A stretch of DNA of 63,961 nt, filler included. It is 5 parts of 5 records of this genome, joined end to end, with 100 filler letters (N's around TTAATTAATTAA, not from the genome) between each part and the next. Parts side by side here need not be neighbours in the genome. Positions count along the whole stretch, not along the records: positions 1 to 31,034 come from SRR2962707_1013; 4 more parts are not named here. One strand, written 5' to 3'. This document shows, piece after piece, positions 18,873 through 30,010 of this stretch. The translations under genes and the position numbers were made by a program. Position 1 is the stretch's first letter; every line of letters begins with the position of its first letter. The notes beneath the pieces were generated by a model, which did not search any database, was not told the DNA's origin, and saw only the letters and a list, made by a program, of their open reading frames with translations.

Positions 18873-20702
18873 CTATTTAGCCGAGTACCATGTTGGGAAT
18901 TGATAGCCGTAAAGCGGCGTTTTTTCAGGATATTTTATATGTGACCAATGCGCCACCCATTTTTCTTTAAGGTAATAAAGGGGCACAGAATAATAGCCTG
19001 AAATCAACAAACGATCATAGGCACGCACCGCTGCTGCAAAATCTTCGCGTTCACGCGCATTCACGATCTTTTCAATCATGGCGTCAATCGCGGGTGACGA
19101 AGCACCGGCATAATTAAAGGTGCCTTCTGGTTCGACGGACACAGAGCCCCAACGCCAGATTTGTTCTGCACCCGGTGACAATGAAGCGCTAAGGCTCCCA
19201 GCCGTTATATCATAATCCCATGTTTGGCGGCGTTTTTGAAATTGCGCATCGTCAACAGCGCGCACATCTATATTCACGCCAATTGTTCGAGCCGTGCGCT
19301 GATAGGCCAAAACTATTTTTTCGATCTCGCCTTGCGATGCGCCAAGCACGGCACCGATTAGGATTTCAAACGAAAGCTGCTGGCCATCCTTCATCATCAT
19401 GCCGTCTTGGATTGTATAGCCCGCTTTGGCAAATTCAGTGACTGCGGCTTTGAGGACCGCGCGATCACGCCCTGATCCATCCGTTTGGGTTGGCTTATAG
19501 GTGCCATCCATCACATCTGGTTCGATTTGGTCCATGTAAGGCGCGAGTAATGCTTTTTCTTTTTCATCGGCTGGGCGGCCTAAAGCAGAGAGTTCATCAG
19601 AGTTTTGCCAATAAGAACCTGTGCGGGAATAGCGACTATTGAACAGACTTTTGTTGATCCATTCAAAATCAAACAGCATGGAAAGCGCTTTTCGCACTTG
19701 CTTATCTTTGAATACTTCTCGGCGCGTATTGAAGAAGAAGCCAAGCATGGCTTCGGGTTTGCCTGAGGTAAATGTGCTTTTAATTACACGCCCGTCAGTG
19801 ACGGCCGGGAAATCATAGGCCGTTTCCCATCGCGCTGGATCGCTTTCTTCATAGATATCAAAAACACCCTTTTTGAACGCTTCAAATCGCGCCGTTGAAT
19901 CGCGGAAATATTCAACAGTGATGTTGTCGTAATTATCAAAACCGACTTTCGATGGGATATCCTTACCCCAATAATCGGGATTTCTTTTATAGGTTATGCG
20001 TGTGCCTGGTTCAACCTTTTCAATCAGATAAGGGCCACTGCCAACCGGCGGAACCAGCGTTGATTCTTCAAAAGTTGCTGGGTCAATCGCATGTTTTGGT
20101 AAAACGGGTGTGAGGCCAATTATCAACGGAAACTCACGATTTGATTTCTCATTGAATGTGAATTTCACCTTCAGGTTGCCGGTTTTTTCGATTTTCTCGA
20201 TGCGCGCCATCCGGCCACTATAAGGTGGGCGTCCTTTCTCGGTGAGTATCTCATAGGTGAAAATGACATCTTCTGGCGTGACCGGCACACCATCTGACCA
20301 TTTTGCATTTGGATTGAGCGTAAATTCCACCCATGTGCGGTCCGGATCGGTTTCAACGTACTGAGCTAAAAGCCCATACATTGTGAAAGGCTCATCGTTG
20401 TTTCTTTGCAACAGTGATTCGTAAACTAAATTGCCAAATTCCGGATCCCATACCCCGCGCGCTGTAGAGCGCATGCTTTTGAGGACAAACGGATTAAGGC
20501 TATCAAAACTACCAACGACACCATAGGTGACGGAACCGCCCTTTTTAACATCTGGCTTAACATATTGAAAATGCTTGTAATCTGCTGGAAGTTGCGGCTG
20601 TCCGTGCATAGCTATGCCATGACTTGGTTCAGCGTGAGAAAATTGGATTGATATGCTGTATGTTATCAACATTAGCCAAATAAGGGCGTATTTGCGTAAC
20701 AA
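18873..20702 (-). CDS. Family-5 extracellular solute-binding protein (YejA-like)
   Basis: HGIAMHG, FDSLNPF, GSGPY, FDFEWIN motifs. Start moved to TTG 20702 (GGAGG RBS, signal peptide). Confidence 0.9.
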   Translation of the reverse strand: MLRKYALIWLMLITYSISIQFSHAEPSHGIAMHGQPQLPADYKHFQYVKPDVKKGGSVTYGVVGSFDSLNPFVLKSMRSTARGVWDPEFGNLVYESLLQRNNDEPFTMYGLLAQYVETDPDRTWVEFTLNPNAKWSDGVPVTPEDVIFTYEILTEKGRPPYSGRMARIEKIEKTGNLKVKFTFNEKSNREFPLIIGLTPVLPKHAIDPATFEESTLVPPVGSGPYLIEKVEPGTRITYKRNPDYWGKDIPSKVGFDNYDNITVEYFRDSTARFEAFKKGVFDIYEESDPARWETAYDFPAVTDGRVIKSTFTSGKPEAMLGFFFNTRREVFKDKQVRKALSMLFDFEWINKSLFNSRYSRTGSYWQNSDELSALGRPADEKEKALLAPYMDQIEPDVMDGTYKPTQTDGSGRDRAVLKAAVTEFAKAGYTIQDGMMMKDGQQLSFEILIGAVLGASQGEIEKIVLAYQRTARTIGVNIDVRAVDDAQFQKRRQTWDYDITAGSLSASLSPGAEQIWRWGSVSVEPEGTFNYAGASSPAIDAMIEKIVNAREREDFAAAVRAYDRLLISGYYSVPLYYLKEKWVAHWSHIKYPEKTPLYGYQFPTWYSAK

Positions 20703-20915
20703 GATTTCCTCCAAATGACATGTTTGCGCATTTACCATAGCATGGCGGATTGAATGGTCTAGGCATGCAATTTCGCATTTGGGCAAACTCAGGGCTGGAA
20801 TTGCGCATTGTGTCTGTGCTAGGCGTTTTTGCACTTGAGCGGACATTTTGCCGCCTTAATTGGCAGTCATTTGTTTGCGCTGCTTATAGTTGAATTTGAA
20901 AGGATGAGTTCGCTT

Positions 20916-21524
20916 ATGCGTTCGACACTTAGAAACTCCGTCTTGCCATTGGCTTTTGTTGTGGCTTCAGGCTTCTCGCTCCCTGCCGTTGCTCAGGAAG
21001 CAGCGCCGCAAGGTTGGTTCAAAGCATGCACGAAACAGGCTGACAACGACATTTGTAATGTTCAGAATATTCGTACAGCAAATACCGGACAATTGCTTAC
21101 AGCTGTCAACCTGATCCAGATTACTGGCAAGCAGAACCGCGCTATTTTCCAAATCGCAGTTCCAACAGGTCGGATTATTCCTGCTGGCGTTGGCATGCAA
21201 ATTGATGGCGGCGCAGCTCAGAAAATCAACTATTCGATTTGTTTGCCAGATCGCTGTGTTGCTGAAGCACCTTTGACCGATGAACTTGTTGCTTCATTGA
21301 AAAAAGGCGGTGAACTGACTTTGACAACGGTCAATTTCCAGAACCAGCCAAATCCAATCAACATTTCTTTGGAAGGCTTCACTAACTCTTTCGATGGCGA
21401 ACCATTGAAACAGTCTGAAGTTCAGGATCGCCAACAGCAGCTTCAAGCTGAAGTTGAAAAGCGTAAAGAAGAATTCCAGAAAAAGCTCAAAGAAGAGCAG
21501 GAAAAAGCAAAACAAGCTCAATAA
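20916..21524 (+). CDS. ialB: Invasion-associated locus B (IalB) family protein
   Basis: Signal peptide, WFKAC...C, VPTG, CLPDRCVAE, ISLEGF pattern. Confidence 0.85.
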   Translation: MRSTLRNSVLPLAFVVASGFSLPAVAQEAAPQGWFKACTKQADNDICNVQNIRTANTGQLLTAVNLIQITGKQNRAIFQIAVPTGRIIPAGVGMQIDGGAAQKINYSICLPDRCVAEAPLTDELVASLKKGGELTLTTVNFQNQPNPINISLEGFTNSFDGEPLKQSEVQDRQQQLQAEVEKRKEEFQKKLKEEQEKAKQAQ

Positions 21525-21542
21525 GCTTTTTGCTCATAGTTT

Positions 21543-21577
21543 AAAAAAGCCGCGGGTTCATGATCCGCGGCTTTTTT
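21543..21577. terminator. Bidirectional rho-independent terminator
   Basis: AAAAAA-GCCGCGG-gttcatgat-CCGCGGC-TTTTTT between convergent ialB and mfd. Confidence 0.9.
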
Positions 21578-21582
21578 GTGTC

Positions 21583-24500
21583 TTAAACACTGGCTTCATC
21601 GGCAAGCTTTGCCAATTTGCTGATAATTACGGCTGCGCCATTGAGGCGTTTGAGCGGATTTGGCCAGTCACGTGCAAAGACAATTGATTGATCGGTGCGG
21701 ATACGCGCCAATGTGCCCTGCTCGCCAATCCATTTTACCAAGCTCGCTGGATCTGCAAATGTTTTGTCGCGGAACGTGACCACCGCGCCCTTTGGACCGG
21801 CATCAATTTTTTCAACATTGGCTTTGCGGCAAAGCGATTTGATGTAGACAATTTTGAGAAGGTGTTCGACTTCATCAGGCATCGGTCCGAAGCGGTCGAC
21901 CATCTCCGCGCCGAAACCATCAATTTCTTGCAGTTCCTGCAAATCGCCCAAGCGGCGATACAATGATAGGCGCAGCGTCAGGTCTTCGACATAGGATTCC
22001 GGAATCATCACCGGCGTACCGATGGTGATTTGCGGCGACCACTCATTGTTATGAATTGCTTCTTCGCCTTTGAGTTCAGCAACAGCTTCTTCGAGCATTT
22101 GTTGATAAAGCTCAAAGCCAACTTCTTTGATGTGACCAGATTGTTCATCGCCAAGCAGATTGCCCGCACCGCGAATATCCAAATCATGGCTGGCCAATTG
22201 AAAACCTGCACCCAATGAATCTAGCGTTTGCAACACTTTAAGACGCCGCTCAGCGTTCTTTGTCAGCATCTTATTCACAGGCAAGGTGAAGAGTGCATGT
22301 GCCCGCAGTTTTGAGCGGCCCACCCTGCCCCTAATTTGATAAAGCTGGGACAGGCCAAACATATCGGCGCGGTGGACAATCAGCGTATTGGCTGTTGGCA
22401 CATCGAGGCCAGATTCCACGATTGTGGTTGAGAGCAGCACATCATAATTGCCATCATAGAAAGCGTTCATAATGTCTTCTAGCTCACCAGGTGCCATTTG
22501 GCCGTGAGCTATCGCGACCTTAAGCTCGGGCAAGTCGCTGTCTAAGAAGGCTTTAACATCTGCCAAGTCAGAAACGCGCGGACACACATAAAAGCTTTGG
22601 CCGCCGCGATACCGCTCACGCAGCAAGGTCTCACGTATCGTCAGCGGATCGAATGGCGAAATGAATGTGCGAACAGCAAGGCGGTCTACTGGCGGTGTTG
22701 TAATCAATGATAACTCACGCACACCCGTAAGCGCCAATTGCAGTGTGCGCGGAATCGGTGTTGCAGAAAGCGTGAGCACGTGAACATCAGATTTAAGCTC
22801 TTTCAGGCGTTCCTTGTGTTTTACGCCGAAATGTTGCTCTTCATCGACAATCAATATACCCAGATTTTTGAATTTGATGCTTTCGCCAAGCAGCGCATGT
22901 GTGCCAACGACAATATCGACTGTTCCGTCTGTAATACCTTTTTTGGCTTCAGACAGCGCTTTTGGACCGGCCAAGCGAGACGCATGGGCGACATTGATGG
23001 GCAATCCTGCGAATCGCTCCGAAAATGATTTATAGTGCTGGCGCGCAAGCAGTGTCGTTGGCACAACGACGGCAACTTGAAACCCGTTCATGGCACCAAG
23101 GAAAGCGGCACGCTGTGCAACTTCTGTTTTACCAAATCCCACATCGCCGCAAATCAAGCGATCCATTGGTTTGCCTTGTGCCAAATCATCAATCACCGCT
23201 ACAATGGCGCTTTGCTGGTCTTCTGTCTCATCATAAGGGAAACGGGCAGCAAATTCGTCATAGAGACCTTCAGGCGCGCGCATCACTGGTGCATCGCGCA
23301 TTTGTCGCTCTGCGGCGATGCGAATGAGCTGGCCTGCCATTTCGAGCAGTTGTTTTTTGAGTTTGGATTTACGCGCTTGCCACGCGCCGCCGCCTAAGCG
23401 ATCAAGCTGCGCTTCGGCGCTGTCAGAGCCATAGCGCGATAATAGTTCAATATTCTCAACCGGCAAGAAAAGCCGGTCATCACCGTGATAATGGATTTCT
23501 AGACAATCATGCGGTGCGCCGGTGACTTCAATGGTCTTAAGGCCGGTAAAGCGTCCAATGCCGTGGTCAACATGAACAACGAGGTCACCGACATTCAGCG
23601 AAGCAACTTCGGAGATGAAATCAGATGCGCGTTTTTTGCGGCGTCTGCGCACAAGTCGGTCACCCAGAATATCTTGCTCTGCCAGCACAACCATATGGTT
23701 GCTTTCAAAGCCATGCTCAATATTAAGCACAGATGTGGCCGTGACACCTTTTGGTAGCGTATCAAGTTCGCTGGCCTCAGTGATCGGATGAAACCCGCCA
23801 AGGCCATGTTCTTCCAATATTTGCCGCAAGCGCGAGAGTGAACCATCGCTCCAGCCGGTAAGCATAGTCGTGCGCCCTTCGGCACGCTCATCGGCAATAT
23901 AGCGGGCGGCGATCTCAAATATATTGACGCCGGGCGTTGCGCGTTCAGTGGTGAAGTTTTTGCCGACCTTTGTTTCAATTGAGATGACGTGGCGTTGATC
24001 GCTGTCTGGCTGATCAAATGGTGATAAATCAATGCGCGTCCGGCCCGTTAGTTCTGCATCGAACTCTGATTTTGGAATGTAGAGCAAGTCTGGCTTGATC
24101 GGCTTATAAGGAACAGATTGTCCAGCAGCTTTGTTCTCAAGGCTCGATTGGCGCGATTCATAATGGTCTTGAATTTGTTTTCGGCGTTCGCCAATCGCAT
24201 CTTTTGCCAGATGCTCAAATATCACTGGCGCATCTGGCAAAATCATGAGTGGATTGTCGAGTTCTTCATAGAAGAACGGCAACCAATGCTCCATGCCAGA
24301 AAAGCGATTTTGGGCCGAAACCGATTCGTAAAGGCCGTCACCGCGCTGTGCTGCGCCAAAGGCTTCCAGATAGTTAGTGCGGAATTTTGAAACTGTTTGC
24401 GCGTTAAGCGTGACTTCGCCCATTGGCAGCAATGAGAATTGCTTGCGCGGCTTCAATGTGCGCTGTGTCGCCGGATCAAAGGAGCGAATGGTCTCGATGA

Positions 24501-25071
24501 CATCGCCGAAAAAATCGAGGCGTACTGGCGTTTTGCTGGCTGGGGCAAATAAATCAAGAATGCCGCCTCTGACAGCAAATTCGCCGATTTCGCGCACTGT
24601 GCTGACACGCTCAAAACCATTGGCCGCTAGCTTTTGTGTTATTTCCTCAATGGCAATCACTTGGCCGGGTTTGGCGAAAAACATCTGTTTTTGGATGAAT
24701 TTTGTCTTAGGCACACGTTGCAGAGCCGCATTCGCCGTCGTCAAAATAAGGGCAGGCTTTGGCTTTGCCTTTAACTGACCAATGAGCGCGAGCGCGATCA
24801 TACGCTGGGCTGAGACTTCGGCGCTTGGTGATACGCGGTCATAGGGCAAGCAGTCCCATGCCGGCAATTGGATAATGTCTAGCTCAGGCGCTTGGAATTT
24901 TATGACCTGCGCCAAGTCCGCCATATGGGCGGCATCCCGCGCCACAAAATAAACAGGCATTGCTAAGTCGCGGGCAAGCGATGCTGCAAACAGGCCTTCG
25001 GTGCCGTCTACCGCATTGGCAACAACGAGTTCACCGGCATCAGCCGTGATCTTAATCGGTTTTATCAGCAT
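21583..25071 (-). CDS. mfd: Transcription-repair coupling factor
   Basis: PAWDCLPYDR, FAVRGGILD, VHVDHGIG, CGDVGFGKT, DEEQHFG, QIRGRVGR and C-terminal TRCF domain; 1162 aa. Confidence 0.98.
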   Translation of the reverse strand: MLIKPIKITADAGELVVANAVDGTEGLFAASLARDLAMPVYFVARDAAHMADLAQVIKFQAPELDIIQLPAWDCLPYDRVSPSAEVSAQRMIALALIGQLKAKPKPALILTTANAALQRVPKTKFIQKQMFFAKPGQVIAIEEITQKLAANGFERVSTVREIGEFAVRGGILDLFAPASKTPVRLDFFGDVIETIRSFDPATQRTLKPRKQFSLLPMGEVTLNAQTVSKFRTNYLEAFGAAQRGDGLYESVSAQNRFSGMEHWLPFFYEELDNPLMILPDAPVIFEHLAKDAIGERRKQIQDHYESRQSSLENKAAGQSVPYKPIKPDLLYIPKSEFDAELTGRTRIDLSPFDQPDSDQRHVISIETKVGKNFTTERATPGVNIFEIAARYIADERAEGRTTMLTGWSDGSLSRLRQILEEHGLGGFHPITEASELDTLPKGVTATSVLNIEHGFESNHMVVLAEQDILGDRLVRRRRKKRASDFISEVASLNVGDLVVHVDHGIGRFTGLKTIEVTGAPHDCLEIHYHGDDRLFLPVENIELLSRYGSDSAEAQLDRLGGGAWQARKSKLKKQLLEMAGQLIRIAAERQMRDAPVMRAPEGLYDEFAARFPYDETEDQQSAIVAVIDDLAQGKPMDRLICGDVGFGKTEVAQRAAFLGAMNGFQVAVVVPTTLLARQHYKSFSERFAGLPINVAHASRLAGPKALSEAKKGITDGTVDIVVGTHALLGESIKFKNLGILIVDEEQHFGVKHKERLKELKSDVHVLTLSATPIPRTLQLALTGVRELSLITTPPVDRLAVRTFISPFDPLTIRETLLRERYRGGQSFYVCPRVSDLADVKAFLDSDLPELKVAIAHGQMAPGELEDIMNAFYDGNYDVLLSTTIVESGLDVPTANTLIVHRADMFGLSQLYQIRGRVGRSKLRAHALFTLPVNKMLTKNAERRLKVLQTLDSLGAGFQLASHDLDIRGAGNLLGDEQSGHIKEVGFELYQQMLEEAVAELKGEEAIHNNEWSPQITIGTPVMIPESYVEDLTLRLSLYRRLGDLQELQEIDGFGAEMVDRFGPMPDEVEHLLKIVYIKSLCRKANVEKIDAGPKGAVVTFRDKTFADPASLVKWIGEQGTLARIRTDQSIVFARDWPNPLKRLNGAAVIISKLAKLADEASV

Positions 25072-25073
25072 GT

Positions 25074-25358
25074 TTACTTAGCCTGCGGCAACTCAATGTT
25101 ATGATAGGCGCAAATTGCGTGGAACATTGGTGTATCAAATTCTTCTGGAACAGGCCCCTCGCCTGTGAACCATTTAAATAGATCACGGTCGAGATTTTCC
25201 ATCAGATCTTCAAAAATAATAATGTCCTCAAGGGACATATCGTTGATATGCCCATCAGCGTAACCGCCAAGAATCATATCCATTTCTTTCATGCCGCGGT
25301 GCCAACAACGGAATCGCACGCGTTTACGGCGGGCATCAATATCAATAGGATCTTGCAT
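25074..25358 (-). CDS. sdhE: Succinate dehydrogenase assembly factor 2 (SdhE)
   Basis: RFRCWHRGMKEMD motif; position between mfd and recG. Confidence 0.93.
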   Translation of the reverse strand: MQDPIDIDARRKRVRFRCWHRGMKEMDMILGGYADGHINDMSLEDIIIFEDLMENLDRDLFKWFTGEGPVPEEFDTPMFHAICAYHNIELPQAK

Positions 25359-25474
25359 AGCGGTTCTTTATTTATTCGCGTAAATCGCAGCGTTTAGATG
25401 TATGGCGCGGTATAGCGCCCCATTCCCGACTTGTCAGCCTTGATCTATCATTGATTCAGGAACAAAAGTAACCC

Positions 25475-27583
25475 ATGCGACCATCAATTCTCGATCCTCT
25501 GTTTGCGCCCGTCACCACACTTACTGGCATTGGTGATAAGGTGGCTGTGTTGCTCGGCAATCTTTTGGGCAATGGCCCAGAGGTGAACGTGCCGCGCGTG
25601 GGCGCTTTAGCGTTTCATTTGCCCCATTCTCTGATTGATCGACGCGGCCGCCCAGGCATTGCTTTTGCTGTTCCGGGCACAATTGTCACGCTAGAGCTTT
25701 ATATTGACCGCCATAACCCGCCGCCGCGCGGATTAAACCGCGTTCCATATAAAGTCTTTGGCCATGATGAGAGCGGCGAAATTGCTCTGACATTTTTTAA
25801 AACGCAAGGCAGTTGGTTAGAACGCGCGTTGCCTGTGGGCGAAACGGTTCTCGTGTCTGGCCGTGTTGAATGGTTTAACGGCCGTGCTTCCATGGTACAT
25901 CCCGATTATATGGTGCTAGCCAGTAAAGCAGATGATTTGCCGATGGTTGAGCCAATTTATGGGCTAACGGCGGGACTTTCTTCTAAAGTGCTTCGTAAAG
26001 CGATTTTGCAGGCCGTTGAACGTGTGCCTGCCATGCCCGAATGGATAGATCGCCATGTGGTTGATCAGCACAAATTCCCAGCATTTTGCGCTGCGCTCAA
26101 TGCGCTGCACAATCCGGATAGTGAAGCTGATTTGGCGCTGGATACGTTGCCACGCCAGCGCCTTGCCTATGATGAATTATTGGCCGGACAATTGGCGCTT
26201 GCACTGGTGCGCAAGACGATGAAGCGCAGCGCGGGCCGCGTCTTAACAGGCAGCGGCGAACTCAGCGCTAAAGTTCGCCATGCCTTCAGGTACGCACTCA
26301 CCGGTGCGCAGGAACGCTCAATAAAAGAAATTTTGGCCGATATGGCCTCGAACGAGCGGATGCTGCGCCTTTTGCAGGGCGATGTTGGTAGCGGTAAAAC
26401 CATTGTCGCTTTATCGGCTCTGGCAACCGCCGTTGAAGCTGGAACGCAAGGCGCGCTTATGGCGCCTACAGAAGTGCTAGCGCGTCAGCACTTTGCAACG
26501 ATCAAGCCGCTTGCTGATCAGGCTGGACTGCGGGTGGCGCTGCTGACGGGGCGCGAAAAAGGTGTGCCACGCAAGCAATTGTTGGAAGCATTAGCGGCTG
26601 GTGAGATTGATATTTTAATCGGTACCCATGCTATTTTCCAAGAAGGCGTGATTTTTAAAGATCTGGGTCTTGCTGTCGTCGACGAACAACATCGCTTTGG
26701 CGTACATCAGCGCCTGTTGCTTGCCTCCAAGGGGCAAGCCGTTGACATGCTGGTGATGACAGCAACGCCGATACCGCGCACATTGGTTTTGACACATTAC
26801 GGCGATATGGATGTTTCGCGTTTGGATGAAAAGCCAATGGGGAGAAAGCCGATAGCGACCGTTGCCGTGTCACTCAATCGGCTTGAAGAGATTATTGCGC
26901 GTGTCGGCGATGCCATGCAATCGGGCCAGAAAATCTATTGGATTTGTCCGCTTGTCGAGGAAAATGACGATCTTGATCTTACCTCTGTTGAACAACGTTT
27001 CAGCGATTTGACTTCGCGGTTCGGGGCGAAAGTCGGCCTCGTGCATGGTCAAATGAAAGGCGCTGATAAAGATGCGGCCATGGCTGCGTTCAAAACCGGA
27101 GAAACACGGCTTCTCATCGCGACAACAGTGATTGAAGTTGGTGTAGATGTGCCAGACGCGACCATTATGGTGATTGAACACGCCGAACGCTTTGGCCTTT
27201 CACAGCTCCATCAGCTGCGTGGCCGTGTTGGGCGAGGCGATCAAGCCTCAAGCTGCGTTCTCCTTTACAAAGATCCGCTGGGCGAAATAGCCCGCGCGCG
27301 GCTTGATATTATGCGGCAAAGCGAAGACGGCTTTAAAATCGCTGAAGAAGATTTGAGGTTGCGCGGTGAAGGCGAAGTGCTCGGCACGCGCCAATCTGGC
27401 GCAGTTGGTTTTAGGCTTGCACGGATGGAAGCCCACGCCCATCTGCTGGAAATCGCGCGCAATGATGCGCGTTATATTATCGAAACCGATCAAGATTTAA
27501 AAAGCGAACGCGGCGAAGCATTACGCATTCTATTGTATCTCTTTGAAAAAGACGCAGCGATTAGGCTGCTTGCTGCGGGCTAA
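25475..27583 (+). CDS. recG: ATP-dependent DNA helicase RecG
   Basis: [36 protein letters not shown] motifs. Confidence 0.98.
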   Translation: MRPSILDPLFAPVTTLTGIGDKVAVLLGNLLGNGPEVNVPRVGALAFHLPHSLIDRRGRPGIAFAVPGTIVTLELYIDRHNPPPRGLNRVPYKVFGHDESGEIALTFFKTQGSWLERALPVGETVLVSGRVEWFNGRASMVHPDYMVLASKADDLPMVEPIYGLTAGLSSKVLRKAILQAVERVPAMPEWIDRHVVDQHKFPAFCAALNALHNPDSEADLALDTLPRQRLAYDELLAGQLALALVRKTMKRSAGRVLTGSGELSAKVRHAFRYALTGAQERSIKEILADMASNERMLRLLQGDVGSGKTIVALSALATAVEAGTQGALMAPTEVLARQHFATIKPLADQAGLRVALLTGREKGVPRKQLLEALAAGEIDILIGTHAIFQEGVIFKDLGLAVVDEQHRFGVHQRLLLASKGQAVDMLVMTATPIPRTLVLTHYGDMDVSRLDEKPMGRKPIATVAVSLNRLEEIIARVGDAMQSGQKIYWICPLVEENDDLDLTSVEQRFSDLTSRFGAKVGLVHGQMKGADKDAAMAAFKTGETRLLIATTVIEVGVDVPDATIMVIEHAERFGLSQLHQLRGRVGRGDQASSCVLLYKDPLGEIARARLDIMRQSEDGFKIAEEDLRLRGEGEVLGTRQSGAVGFRLARMEAHAHLLEIARNDARYIIETDQDLKSERGEALRILLYLFEKDAAIRLLAAG

Positions 27584-28938
27584 GATTTCGATTTCGCGTC
27601 CTTGATTGCTTTGATGCGCGCCCGCAAAATCGTTGCCATGCCCGGCTTGTTTGTTTGGCGTGTGCGGCCAAAACCTACAGCATCGTCCGGCACATCATTC
27701 GTGATCACAGAACCAGAGGCAATATAGGCATTTGTGCCAATAGAAACCGGCGCAACCAGCGACGAATTAGAGCCGATAAAGGCATTTTCGCCGATCGTGG
27801 TTTTGTGCTTATTCATGCCGTCATAGTTGCAGGTGATTGTGCCTGCGCCGATATTGGTGCCAGCGCCAATGCTTGCATCACCGATATAGGTTAGATGGTT
27901 GATTTTTGCGCCCTGCGCCACATCGGCATTTTTAACTTCGCAGAAATTGCCAACCTTGGTTGATGGCCCAAGATTTGCGCCTGGACGCAACCGCGCGAAA
28001 GGACCAATCTCAGCGCCCTCGCCGATATTAGCGCCTTCAATATGGCTAAATGCACGAAACTTCGCGCCAGATTGTACGATAACTTTTGGGCCGAAAAAGA
28101 TATTCGGCTCCATTGTCACATTCTCGCCGATGACCGTGTCATGGTGGAAAAATACAGTCTCTGGTGCCAGCATTGAAACACCCGCTAACATATGATTTTT
28201 GCGCGTGCGCTGCTGCCAGATCGCTTCTACATCGGCCAGCTCTACGCGGGTATTAACGCCAAGCACTTCCGCATTAGATGCTTCGATGGCGACAACTTTA
28301 AGGCCTTTATCGTTGGCGATTTCGACGGCGTCAGTGAGATAAAACTCACCTTTTGCATTTTTGTTGTCGATCTTATCTAAAAAGGTGCCAAGCTGAGCGC
28401 CAGAAAAGCCCATAAGCCCGCCATTACAGAATGTGATTTTGCGCTCTTCCTCAGTCGCTTCTTTTTCTTCGACTATAGCTTTTAATGCGCCACCCTCTTC
28501 CACAAGACGGCCATAACCGTGCGGCTCATTGGTTCTAAAGCCCACCACGACAACATCAGCACCTGCTGAAAGTTCTTTGCGCATTTTATCAAGTGTTGCC
28601 ACTTCAATGAGCGGCGTGTCGCCAAACATGACGATTACATCATCTGCGCCTTCATCAAACGCGCTTCGCGCCGCTGCAACGGCATTGGCTGTGCCTAATT
28701 GTTCGGCTTGCGTATAATAGGATGCATCAATACCAAGAACTTGCAGTGCGTTTTCAACATCATCGCCGCCATGGCCTGTTACGATGGCGATCTTGTCGCT
28801 GCCCGCTTGCTTTGCACATTGCACGACATGACCAACCATCGGTAGACCCGCCACAGGATGGAGAACCTTGGGCAATGGTGATTTCATGCGCGTGCCTTTT
28901 CCGGCAGCAAGGATGATGGTGAGACAGGTGCGGGCCAT
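27580..28938 (-). CDS. glmU: Bifunctional GlcNAc-1-P uridyltransferase / GlcN-1-P acetyltransferase
   Basis: [35 protein letters not shown] and hexapeptide repeats. Alternative start at 28950. Confidence 0.97.
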   Translation of the reverse strand: MARTCLTIILAAGKGTRMKSPLPKVLHPVAGLPMVGHVVQCAKQAGSDKIAIVTGHGGDDVENALQVLGIDASYYTQAEQLGTANAVAAARSAFDEGADDVIVMFGDTPLIEVATLDKMRKELSAGADVVVVGFRTNEPHGYGRLVEEGGALKAIVEEKEATEEERKITFCNGGLMGFSGAQLGTFLDKIDNKNAKGEFYLTDAVEIANDKGLKVVAIEASNAEVLGVNTRVELADVEAIWQQRTRKNHMLAGVSMLAPETVFFHHDTVIGENVTMEPNIFFGPKVIVQSGAKFRAFSHIEGANIGEGAEIGPFARLRPGANLGPSTKVGNFCEVKNADVAQGAKINHLTYIGDASIGAGTNIGAGTITCNYDGMNKHKTTIGENAFIGSNSSLVAPVSIGTNAYIASGSVITNDVPDDAVGFGRTRQTNKPGMATILRARIKAIKDAKSKS

Positions 28939-29083
28939 AGAATTATCCATTGATTCTGATTTGCTGCATAGGTTTAGCCGATTTGGCTGATTATTCCAGC
29001 TTGCATGTCATTTGAGAACGCTTTACCGGCTCAGCGCGCTTGTTCGTGCAGTATTGTTCTGTCACGGTTTTGAAAAAGGCTTG

Positions 29084-30010
29084 ATGATGCTCCGCACCTT
29101 TCTACCCATTATTGTGATGATTTTCGCGCCCGGTTTTTTCTCGACCAACTTAATCTTTGGCCGTTTTGTAGCGGGCAATATTGACCCATTTATTTTGGGC
29201 TTTTTGCGCTGGGCTATGGTTGCGCTCATTCTTTTGCCATTTGCTCTTATCTCAGATCGAAAAATTATTGCAGAAACGATCCGTAAAAATTGGCCGTTTT
29301 TGATCTTTGTTGCGTTCTTGGGCATGGGTATATCTGGCAGCGGCGTTTATTTCGGGCTGCAATATACGACTGCAACCAATGCGACGCTGATCTATTCGAC
29401 AGCGCCGATTCTAATCATTTTGCTTGAATGGGCATTTGCGAAACGACAATCAAGCCTGCGCGAAGTGATCGGTATAGTGCTCGCCTTTATCGGTGTGGCG
29501 GTGATCGTTCTGCGCGGTGATCTTGTCCATCTTGCGACGATGAATTTTAATCTTGGTGACTTGATGATAGCGCTCGCGGCACTTTCGTGGGCTGGTTATT
29601 CAATCCTTTACCGGTCTAAGCGGACGGAAAAACTCAACAATGTGGTTTTATTTGCGGTTATCGCCTGCTTTGGCGCCTTGGTGAACTTGCCGCTTGCCGC
29701 CTATTCCTTTGCGCATAATGGCGTGTTGCCGAGCTCGCCTGCAACTTTCTATGCTATTGGCGGCATCATCTTTATCTCATCAATCATCGCTTTTTCCGCC
29801 TATCAATATGGCGTGCGTTCGCTTGGCGCTTCTGTGGCGGGCCTGTTTATGTATTTGATGACGCCTTACGGCGTGGTGATGGCTGTTGTCTTTCTTGGCG
29901 AAAAACTTCAGCCGTTCCACATTGTTGGCATCATCTGCGTGATGATTGGTGTGAGCACAGCAACATTTCCGAAATTTGTGATTGAGCGGCTGCGCAAATT
30001 ATTTCGCTAG
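29084..30010 (+). CDS. DMT/EamA family transporter
   Basis: Two EamA-like repeats, about 10 TM helices, YTTATNATL and FLGE motifs. Confidence 0.88.
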   Translation: MMLRTFLPIIVMIFAPGFFSTNLIFGRFVAGNIDPFILGFLRWAMVALILLPFALISDRKIIAETIRKNWPFLIFVAFLGMGISGSGVYFGLQYTTATNATLIYSTAPILIILLEWAFAKRQSSLREVIGIVLAFIGVAVIVLRGDLVHLATMNFNLGDLMIALAALSWAGYSILYRSKRTEKLNNVVLFAVIACFGALVNLPLAAYSFAHNGVLPSSPATFYAIGGIIFISSIIAFSAYQYGVRSLGASVAGLFMYLMTPYGVVMAVVFLGEKLQPFHIVGIICVMIGVSTATFPKFVIERLRKLFR

